Source: Curvularia clavata
Taxonomy: Eukaryota
DNA: 64,000 bases
Reading direction: 5' to 3'
NCBI GenBank assembly: GCA_023920165.1
Contig: CP089278.1
Location: 1,302,001-1,366,000 of the forward strand
Shown: positions 54,121-64,000 of the stretch, piece by piece
Layout: every line of letters starts with the position of its first letter
Numbering within the stretch: the stretch's first letter is position 1
Position numbers and translations under genes: made by a program
The notes under the pieces: model-generated
Seen by the model: the letters and a program-made list of their open reading frames with translations, nothing else
Databases searched by the model: none
What the model was told of the DNA's origin: nothing

Positions 54121-55150
54121 GGCAGACAAGCCGGCGCCCAAGGATGCTGTGCAGCTGAAGGGGCGGGCTGACGTCAAGCAAGCCAAGGGCAGTGAGGGAG
54201 GGTATGTAGGCACATGGTTAGTATACGCAGCAGCGTGTTTTGTCAGAATGGTTTCGGCGACCAGACCCAGCCACAAATAGAAGAGGCCATGACGGCGCCG
54301 GCCCCAAGAAAAGGCATCCAAAAGAACGGGCAGATGGAAAAGTTTAATTCGCATGTTGTGCGGCGTTGAGGGCGGGCGGTGGTTGCAGAGGGGCCAGAGC
54401 GGAAGGGGCTAGCCGGGGTAGCGCTGCAAATCGTGCAGGAGCGACGGGCAGCCGAGAGCGTCTAGACTGTTCCAGCAGCCGCGCCCCACTGTGCCGCTGA
54501 GCCAGGCCTGCCAGGTCCCCTTGGACGTCGTCCGCCGTGAGCCTCTTTGGGCGCCTCAGAGGGGGCGGGCGGCCGCCTTTATCCTCTGCTGTACAGTAAT
54601 GCTCGTCGACAGTACTAGCCACGGCCACCATCGCTAGCACACTACATTCCATACTAGTACCACCACCACGACGACGCCGCCACCGATAGCTGACCCAGTG
54701 CGGGCCTCGAGCACCCAAGCACCCTCGCAAAGCCACTGCTCCGGGTCGCGTTCTAGATTGCCGCCCGCCGGCTGCCCTCCAAACCGCCCAGCCAAACCAA
54801 CCATATCGCGCCTGCCCTGCTGCTCCTGCTGCTCCTGCCTACTGTCCTGTCCTGCTCTGCTCTGCTCCTGCCGTACTCCATCCTCGCGCCTTCCCTCTCC
54901 ACTCCTGCCCATTTGCCCATTTGCCCATTTGCCCGCCCTGCCTCGCACTTGCATTCTGCTGCAGCACACCCTAACCACCCCGTTACTAATCCCCTTCTGA
55001 ATGCTCTTGCTGCAGCCCTCTGCTTCTGCACATCCCTCGCTGTCCGCCCTCTCGTGTGCCGCCTTATCCACTTCTGACTGCGTCTGACCAATACCCCGGC
55101 ACCCACCCTGGAGGCCCGTTCCCTCGACTGTCTGAATGGATTTCTGAGCC

Positions 55151-57897
55151 ATGGCGGAACCTACCACCATCCCACCTGATATAATCGAGCGGCGGTCCCT
55201 CTGCTTCTCCCGCCCCATACCCGGAATGGTCGTTCAACACGGCGACGCCAGCTTCAAGGACGAACTGTCGCGCATCTTCGACCCCGTGGAGAGCAACGCC
55301 GCCGAGCAGCTCGTCCTCCTCAAGGAATCCCTCCGCCAGGCCGACACCGATACCTTCTGGGCCCAGCTCACCCAAGGTCTCGCCAAGATTGCCGACGCCC
55401 AGTATGCCTTTGTCTCCAAGCGCATCCTCGTCGACGACAAGAACGTCGCTGTCGAGCTGCCCCCAATTGGAGAACCTGGAGCCTGCCTCATGGGCGAGGC
55501 CTTTTACATCAACGATGACCACGGCAACGGACCCGGCCACCTGAGGAACTTCAAGTACCACGCCTACCAGTGCCCGTGTGCCTACATGAAGCACGACAAG
55601 GTCTTCATCATCCCCGAACGTCTCAACGACTTCATCCTCAACAATCCAAACGAACTCATTATTCCCGGCGAGGCCTACCTGGGCATTCCGCTCTTTGCCC
55701 AGGGCAAGTGTTTTGCCCACTTCGGCGTCATGTGGGGGAAAGAGGGGGCCGAGCGACGTCAGTTGAGTTGGGGGTTTTTGGAGATGATGATGCACAGCCT
55801 CGAGGACATGATCTTGGAACGCGTACTCGAGGGCAGCGAATTCGCCAGCTCAGCGCAACCCGTCGACGCCCAAGTCCCCAAGATTGTGCCCCACAAGGCT
55901 GTCTCCGTTGCTCAGTCACTCAAGCCTTATGCTAGGAGCCTATCGCATGAACTGAGGACACCCATGCAGGGCGTGGTTGGCATGCTCGACGTCATGATGG
56001 CAAACGTAAAGGAGGCATCCGAGAGTTTCCAGCTAGACTCACGCACACGCGAGATCCTCCACACGCTCAAGGAGAACATAGAAGCAGTCCAAGGTCAGTG
56101 ACGAATCTGGTGACCTGGCTGCCCCTGAGCAGACTCGAACACTCGTTATTGATTCGATTTTGGAACCATACTAACTGTATTGTAGACAGCTCAAGACGCG
56201 CCGTTGAGGCAGCAGACAATGTCGTTCATGCTTACGACATGAACATGGGAGTTCCCGAAACTCCACTGTCTCCACTAGACAAGACGCCTGACCAATGGAA
56301 TACCTTTTGGCGAGAAATGCGACCTGACCTGATGATTACCGGCAATGGCATGCATGCGCCCCTTCGCGGAGTAAAGAGAAGGAGACAGGAGGTTTCTTGG
56401 GCAGACTACAACTCCAAGGCGCGAGTCGCCAAGCAGGCTCGCCAGCGCATTCGGAATACCCTCTCTGAAGAACCCGTCGCCCGTCACACAAAATCGTGTC
56501 CCCCGAATCCAAGTCCTACGGAAATCAACCAACTAGACAGCGCCTGCTCGCACGGAACCTCGCTCGGCAAATGCGACTCGACCACATCCCCCATCTTCGC
56601 CTCAGAACACTCGACGGTACCAGGACTGCGGCATACAAATATAAGAGAAGTTTTACAGTACGTTATCAATGATGCCCTCAAAGTAGGAGGACGGCCGGAT
56701 TCTGCCGTTGCAGAAGCAACCGAAACAGGCGAGCGTATTGAAGTGCGCACGCGTAGCTCCAACGGAGACGCGCACATAAAATGGATAGAGTGGACTGTTT
56801 CTCCGGATGTGCCAGAAACCATTCTGATCGATGAACGAGACCTCGCCAAGATGGTGTCCTGCCTTGCTTTGAACGCCATCAAATTTACTCAGGACGGATC
56901 TATTACGCTCAAAGCCACACTCAGTGCAAAGGGCCGCTACGTTGTTATCAACATCAAGGACACTGGTTCTGGAATCCCAGCCGCCTTTTTGCCCAATCTT
57001 TTCAAACCTTTTTCAAGAGAAGACGATTCTTTGACACGACAGAGTGAGGGTCTGGGTCTTGGTCTAATGGTCGCCAAGGGCATTGCCAGGAAGCTCGGTG
57101 GCGATCTCTTCTGCCTTCGTTCCCATGTCTCGGGACCAGCCAGGGGATCCGAGTTTGAAATGCGTGTTCCACTTACTCCAGGCGAGATTTGCAGTCGTCC
57201 GGCAACGCCCTTCGGATCACCAACCCCCTCAATCAAATCTCGCATGTCTCTCGACCCGGAGGTGCCCCAGCTGGACCTGAGCCATGGTCCCGTTACTCCT
57301 CCTTTAAACTCCGATACCTTCAAAAGCGACCGCGAGCGACAGGCGCCAATCACGCCTGCCATCACCGTCGAGGACACAAGTTCGCCATCCAACCTTGGCC
57401 TTCCTACCCCTCGTCGCACATCGTCACCCTCGCGGCCTCAACCTGTTAGTGTCTTGTCCTCGGAAAAGGAAGTGGCTCCATCCAATCTCGGCAACCAGCT
57501 TCCTCTCAACATTCTCGTTGTAGATGACAATGCTATCAACAGGCGGGTTCTGGTCAGCATGCTCAACAGACTGGGCTACAAGAACATCACCACAGCCTTC
57601 AACGGCAATGACGCCGTGGAGACTGTCCGTCGCAATGCGCTCGGATCTCCGTCTGAAGTGTTTGATGTTGTTCTCATGGACCTGTGGATGCCGTTGCTCG
57701 ATGGCTTCCAAGCTACCGAGGTAATTCTGTCCATGCCAGAGCTAGCGACCAAGCCTACGATCCTCGCCGTCAGCGCAGACATTACCGACTCCGCTCTCGA
57801 CAAGGCAGTCAAGAGCGGCATGAAGGGATTCGTCACCAAGCCCTTTGTCACTCGCGACATTGCTCGATTGCTTCGAGCATATTGCAAAATTCAGTAA
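55151..57897 (+). CDS. Hybrid sensor histidine kinase (GAF-like, HisKA, HATPase_c, receiver)
   Basis: H-box SHELRTP, NAIKFT, DTGSGI, GLGLGL, receiver VVDDN...LMDLWMPLLDG...KP; intron 56094-56185. Confidence 0.94.
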
Positions 57898-58954
57898 AGT
57901 AGTACATTTTTATTTTTGGTGTGACGACTCCGTCGCACGACTCTCTTCAGGACGATGACGACGTCATTCATATACAGTCTGCATAGCCATGACACGGAAC
58001 GGCATGACTGGGTTGGGGCAAGGTATATTATGAGCATGAAAGCATTTAAGGAAGCCTTTGAGTAGCTTCTTGTACGGCGTTTTGGCGAACGGAATATTTT
58101 TGGGCGGTTGGGCGGGCTACAATACCCTTGATGAATTGCATTTTAGGAAATGACCTCGGAATCTGGTCTGTAGTAGTATTCACACATAATACGAAATATT
58201 GTACGAAGTGCAAGAATTTGAGTCCTTCCCCACTTTGGCTTTACTGATTGGTCATCGGGCTGCCGAGGAAACATACCGATAAGAACGGCATCTTGAGCCG
58301 CAAACATCAAACCGATGATGTCGAGAGAGTGGGGCTTGGCTCTGTATCGTGGGGCAGGATGGAACATGCCGAATTCCGCGAGATGTCTCGGAATGCGACC
58401 GCTCTCCCTGCGAACAAGCTGCGGATGGTGCAGAGTTGCATTTCTAGCAGCCACAAGTGTCCGAGTCGGCTGCATGGCACAAAAAGAAGCATGGAAGTTG
58501 ACATCCGGGCGAATAAGGGGCTGCTGCTCGGAACGTGGCACCGGTGAAAAGTGGCTAAGTGTGGCTAGTGGGTGGCGCATGCGGGTCAGTCTAGAGGACA
58601 GATTTCTTGGGGCGCGCCGATGTCGAGACAAGTGCTGTTGCGCCGCCTTACTGCCGTCTCCGTCGCGGACAATCGTAGAACCTTCCTTCTGATTCCTTCT
58701 TTGATTTCATTCTCGTACCTGGGAATACGGTCATTCCTTCTTCGCCAGTAATCGCCGGAACGGCACAGGGTGCAGACGAGGTCTACTCTTACGTCAGAGA
58801 CACAGAGACACCCAGTCGGTACTTTAATAGGTCAGAGATATTTCTCAGACGAAATACATCCCTGCGCGAGCAACACCACTGCGCGACAGCCGGGCGCCAA
58901 ACGAGCCAATTCGCAGTCCGCCGAGAGAGACTCCGCTAGGAAAAGAGTCTGGGC

Positions 58955-61900
58955 ATGGAGAATGCATACACAAAAACGCCCGCTGAGGCGTTGAGGCACT
59001 TTCAAGTCGACGAGCACAAGGGTCTTAGCGCACAGCAGGTCCAGAGCGCAAGGGAAAAGCATGGCAAGAATGGTACGTGAGGACTCGTCGAGACGCGGTG
59101 CGCGAAGACGGCCCATCTGAGGCTGGGCGTCGACCAAATCTCAGGGACCAGTAGCTAACGTGAGAGAACAGCACTGCCAGAAGACCCGCCAACGCCCATT
59201 TGGGAGCTCATTCTCGAGCAATTCAAAGACCAACTGGTCATCATCCTCCTAGGATCAGCAGCGGTATCTTTCGTACTCGCCCTTTTCGAGGAGGAAGAAG
59301 GATGGACGGCCTTTGTAGATCCCGCAGTTGTAAGGACATTCGCCACTAGAGAGACGCGTTACCGGTACTAACACTGCTTCCAGATCCTTACCATTCTTAT
59401 CCTCAACGCCGTTGTCGGAGTCTCGCAAGAGACTAGCGCCGAGAAAGCCATTGCCGCTCTCCAGGAATACTCTGCCAACGAGGCCAAGGTCATACGCGAC
59501 GGACACATTGCACGCATCAAAGCAGATGAACTGGTTCCTGGAGATATTATTTCGGTCACCATTGGTGACAGGATACCTGCCGACTGCAGGCTCCTTTCCA
59601 TCCAGAGTAACAGCTTCAACGTCGATCAGTCCATCCTGACAGGAGAAAGTGAGAGCGTGTCCAAGGATATCAAGGTCGTCAAGGATGAGAATGCTGTCAA
59701 GCAGGATCAGGTCAACATGCTTTTCTCGGGTACTACGGTCGTCACGGGCCACGCAACCGCACTCGTTGTTTTGACTGGAGGCAACACGGCTATTGGAGAC
59801 ATTCACGAGAGCATTACGGCCCAGATCTCGCAGCCTACCCCGCTCAAGGAGAAGCTCAACGATTTCGGTGACCAGCTTGCAAAGGTAATTACTGCTATCT
59901 GCATTCTCGTGTGGGTTATCAACATTGGCAACTTTAACGACCCGTCTCACGGAAGCTTCGCCAAGGGTGCTATCTACTACCTCAAGATTGCTGTTTCGCT
60001 CGGTGTGGCTGCTATCCCTGAGGGTCTTGCCGTTGTCATTACCACATGCCTAGCTCTTGGAACGCGCAAGATGGCTGCTAGAAATGCCGTGGTTCGAAGT
60101 CTGCCTTCTGTCGAGACGCTTGGAAGCTGCAGTGTCATCTGCTCTGACAAGACCGGTACTCTTACTACCAACCAGATGAGCGTCAACAAGATGGTCTTCA
60201 TCAACGAGAGCGGTAGTGGACTCGAGGAATTTGACGTTGAGGGTACTAGCTTTGCGCCCGAAGGTCAGATCACGCTCAATGGTAAGCCCATGGACAACCT
60301 TGCTGCGAAATTCGACACTGTGCGCCAGATCTGCGAGGTGAGTGCGCTTTGTAACGAGGCGGCTCTTGCCTATGACGCGAAGAATGGTAGCTACAGCCTG
60401 GTTGGTGAGCCTACTGAAGGTGCGCTCCGCGTCCTCGCGGAGAAGGTTGGCACCCCTGACGCTGCCCACAACGCGACCCGTGCCAGCACTTCGCCTGAAG
60501 GACGTATCGACTTTGCAACCAAGCACTACGAAAGCCATTACACTCGTTTGGCAACTTACGAATTCTCACGTGATCGCAAGAGTATGTCCGTCCTGGTCAA
60601 GAAAGGCGACTCGCAGAAACTTCTCGTCAAGGGTGCTCCGGAGTCTATTCTCGACCGTTGCACAAGTGTTATTGTCGGCAAGGATGGCAAGAAGACCACT
60701 ATGAGCAAGCAACTGGCCGATCTCATCAACAAGGAAATTGTCGAATACGGTAACCGTGGTCTGCGTGTCATTGCCGTGGCGTCGGTTGACAACATTGCCT
60801 CCCACCCGCTTGTTTCCAAGGCCAAGACTACCAAGGAGTACAGCCAGCTTGAACAGAACATGACTCTCATCGGCCTTGTTGGCATGTTGGACCCTCCTCG
60901 CCCTGAAGTCCGTGCTTCAATCGCAAAGTGCCGCTCCGCTGGAATCCGTGTCGTGGTCATTACCGGAGACAACCAGAACACCGCTGAGTCTATCTGTCGT
61001 GACATTGGCGTCTTTGGTGCCAACGAAGATCTCACTGGCAAGTCGTTCACTGGTCGCCAATTCGATGACCTCTCTGAATCTGAGAAGATGGAGGCTGCCA
61101 AGAATGCCAGCCTCTTTTCCCGCACTGAGCCTACTCACAAGTCCAAACTCGTCGATCTGCTCCAACAGGCTGGTGAAGTTGTTGCCATGACTGGCGACGG
61201 TGTCAACGATGCGCCTGCTCTGAAGAAGGCTGACATTGGTGTTGCCATGGGATCAGGAACTGATGTAGCCAAGCTCGCCGCCGACATGGTTCTCGTAGAC
61301 GACAACTTTGCTACCATTGAGGGTGCCGTCGAGGAAGGCCGTTCGATCTACAACAACACCCAGCAGTTCATCCGCTACCTCATTTCTTCCAACATTGGCG
61401 AGGTCGTCTCCATTTTCCTCACTGCCGCTATGGGTATGCCCGAGGCCTTGATTCCCGTTCAACTCCTCTGGGTCAACCTGGTCACTGATGGTCTCCCCGC
61501 TACCGCCTTGTCCTTCAACCCTGCCGACCACGACATCATGAAGCGCCAGCCCCGTAAGCGCGATGAACCTCTCATTAGTGGATGGCTCTTCTTCCGCTAC
61601 ATGGTCATTGGAACTTATGTTGGCGCCGCAACGGTTGCTGGTTACGCTTGGTGGTTCATGTTCAACAGCGAGGGTCCCCAAATCTCCTTTTACCAGCTCC
61701 GTCACTTCCACCGCTGCTCCACTCAATTCCCTGAAATCGGCTGCGAGATGTTCAGCAACTCGTCTGCCCAGGCTGCATCCACTGTCAGCTTGAGCATCCT
61801 GGTCGTGATTGAGATGCTCAACGCTATGAACGCATTGAGTAGCTCAGAGAGTCTGTTGACGCTGCCGCTCTGGAAGAACATGATCCTCGTCTACGCTATC

Positions 61901-62187
61901 TGTCTGTCCATGGCTCTCCACTTCGCCCTCCTATACGTTCCTTTCCTCCAGGGTCTCTTCAGTGTCATCCCGCTCAACGGTAATGAGTGGAAGGCCGTTA
62001 TGGTGATTAGCGCGCCTATCATGTAAGTTTTTCAGAATTAACCCTCTGAAATGTGTGGTTTGCTAATGATTTATTCAGTATCATTGACGAGATCCTTAAA
62101 TTTGTTGAGCGCAGCTTCTTCATTCAAAAGGGCAACGAGAAGTTGCCTGCTATCGGAACACAGAATGGAAGGCCAAAGAAGGATTAG
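58955..62187 (+). CDS. SERCA-type (P2A) ER Ca2+-ATPase
   Basis: [51 protein letters not shown]; introns 59073-59171, 59330-59383, 62023-62078. Confidence 0.97.
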
Positions 62188-62764
62188 GTGACTGCCGCCT
62201 TTTTCTCCTTCCGCCTCTTCCAGATTTGTGTCTTCACTGCATTTTGACTCGCTACCCTGTGTTCGTAAGATAGATCGAGGGAGGGAGGGAGGGATGAGCT
62301 AAGTATCATATATCACTGTCATTTTGCAGAAGAGTAAGGCGGAGAGGAGGGGGGAAAGTGAAGTTTTGGTCGTGCATGGAGTGGCTGTTCTGTCAAAGTT
62401 TGTTGCGTTGGGAATTTCCCACGCATTCAGCAGATCAGATAGATTGGTTAGACTCGTTAGAAATTTGTGTATTTATGTGTACAAAAATATAAGAATGAAA
62501 ATCTTATAAACCAAAAAGAGGATTGCTTGTTGTATAGCGTTAGTGATGAAGGATGAGAGGGACGCGAAGCACTGGCAGTAAACATGGCCCGAGCATCCAC
62601 CTTCACCTTCATCCTCACTGCCGTGTTTGGTGCTGCCACGTTTTGATTCGTCAGCGATTGTTTGCTTGGCTCCAACTGCTTGTTTGCTTGCTCTCCTCCT
62701 CACGGTGATTTGCGCCTACCATCACATCCGGACATCATCTAGCATACACATTTCAACCGCTGCC

Positions 62765-64000
62765 ATGCCTCCTTTTGGACTCTATCCGATTCCACGACAT
62801 CACCTCTACGAGCAGAGTCCACGCTCAGAGCGCCGGACATTCAACAGCATGGACTTCGCCGATGAGGAGTCGCCACCAAACAAAGACAAAGTCAAGACCG
62901 CTGGGGCGCGAGCACAGCGAAAACAAGAGAAACGAGAGCGCAAAGAAAAGAAAAGGCAGGCAAGCGAGTCTCTCGAAGCACAAAAGCCGAAAGATCTTAA
63001 GCAGGGAGAGAAGAAACAGCGGCTGCCGCCTGTTGATTCGAAGCCGACAGCGTTAGTGAAGGGCAGTTCTCGCAAGGAGAAAGACGAGGCTATACAGAGC
63101 ACGCCCGCAACTGCGAAGAAGCGTAAGAGGGAGCGTGATGCGCATATTGACACTCAAAATACCGCCGACAAAGATGTCAACATTAACAAGTTGCTGATCG
63201 ACCCGAATTTCTTGTCGGGTTTGAAGGCAGCTATGGGTAACTTGGGCGCCGTCTTCAATGAAACCGCAAAAAGCACCGAGCCTTTGACTGAGCCTCCACC
63301 TAAGAAGAGAGGAAGGCCAGTGGGCTGGCGCAAGAGTGCTGTAGTAGAGCAAACAACAGCTAACGCTGCAAACACCGAAGAAGCTGCCAACTTCACTACT
63401 GGCGAAGTCAAATCAAAGGCACGCGCATCTGAGAAAGATGTAGCCGCCTTTTCAACCCCAAAGAAATCACTCCAGAATTCAGTTCTCGTCCCAGAGAACA
63501 CGCCAGACTTACTGTATAGCGTGAAGAAAACGCCTGTTCCGCTTCCCAAACAGACAAGTCATAAGACCATTGGTAGCATGAGTGAGCCACCTCGAGGCAA
63601 GACCAAGGGTCTCCGTCCAGAACCCGAAGTTCTTGTGACAGAGACACCTCCCTCACGTTTTTGCCAGACACCTGCCACGACACCTCGTCAGCCACCCATC
63701 CCGTTCAGTCTCGCAAGGACCTCGAACCCGCCCAGTACACAAGCCAAGCGGACGAAGGGACCTACGATTGACATTTCGCCCCCCGAGTTACCGAACTTGA
63801 TACCAAACAATGTTAAAAAAACCGAAAAGTACATCATCGGTAGTCAAGGCTCAGTCAATCCCCTGTCCAGCAGCCAAGCCGACGCCTTCACCTCTTCAAC
63901 ACTCATGAGCTACAAGCAAAAGCTCAACGACACACCCAAACCGCGACCCCGTCGTCGCAGCCGCGCCGGCTCCGTATCCGCCAGCTCCATTTCCAGCGGC
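62765..64000 (+). CDS. Hypothetical Lys/Pro/Ser-rich nuclear protein with AT-hook-like motif (3' end outside window)
   Basis: Frame appears open from ATG 62765 (or 62849) to window end; KKRKRE NLS-like and PPKKRGRPVGWRK. Confidence 0.7.
   Translation, partial: MPPFGLYPIPRHHLYEQSPRSERRTFNSMDFADEESPPNKDKVKTAGARAQRKQEKRERKEKKRQASESLEAQKPKDLKQGEKKQRLPPVDSKPTALVKGSSRKEKDEAIQSTPATAKKRKRERDAHIDTQNTADKDVNINKLLIDPNFLSGLKAAMGNLGAVFNETAKSTEPLTEPPPKKRGRPVGWRKSAVVEQTTANAANTEEAANFTTGEVKSKARASEKDVAAFSTPKKSLQNSVLVPENTPDLLYSVKKTPVPLPKQTSHKTIGSMSEPPRGKTKGLRPEPEVLVTETPPSRFCQTPATTPRQPPIPFSLARTSNPPSTQAKRTKGPTIDISPPELPNLIPNNVKKTEKYIIGSQGSVNPLSSSQADAFTSSTLMSYKQKLNDTPKPRPRRRSRAGSVSASSISSG

Noticed and set aside
51109..55000. 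Hidden gene or transposon in the 4-kb gap before the histidine kinase
   Set aside because: No spliceable ORF with recognisable motifs, terminal repeats or transposase/RT remnants found by eye

Overview
Gene-dense, intron-containing eukaryotic DNA from a filamentous ascomycete (GT-AG introns of about 50-120 nt with CTAAC/CTGAC branch sites; the gene style suggests a Dothideomycete/Pleosporales, which is an inference). Recognisable housekeeping genes: AVT3/4-type vacuolar amino-acid transporter (5' truncated), GFA1, RIB4, SET1, ERD1, RPL36, thioredoxin-PITH (Txl1-like), TUG/UBX protein, DGAT2, STK19-like, a hybrid histidine kinase and a SERCA-type Ca2+-ATPase. The best candidate for an undescribed system is a three-gene cluster at 36.9-46.0 kb: a stand-alone acyltransferase-3 (AT3) membrane protein, a processive GT2 glycan synthase, and a divergently transcribed fusion of a secreted, apparently non-catalytic GH16-like domain with a second AT3 domain. 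This is consistent with a machine for making an O-acylated surface polysaccharide, and each AT3 domain keeps only one half of the R-X10-H motif. Other observations: a head-to-head peroxisomal CoA-ligase/thioesterase pair with three CCTCGG (FarA/Ctf1-type) sites, a Txl1-like protein whose WCGPC is replaced by ENMSS, a cryptic cytochrome P450 relic with RIP-type stops next to minisatellites, and a tRNA-like A-box/B-box structured element at about 47.0-47.2 kb. Exon boundaries were read by eye and no database searches were run.
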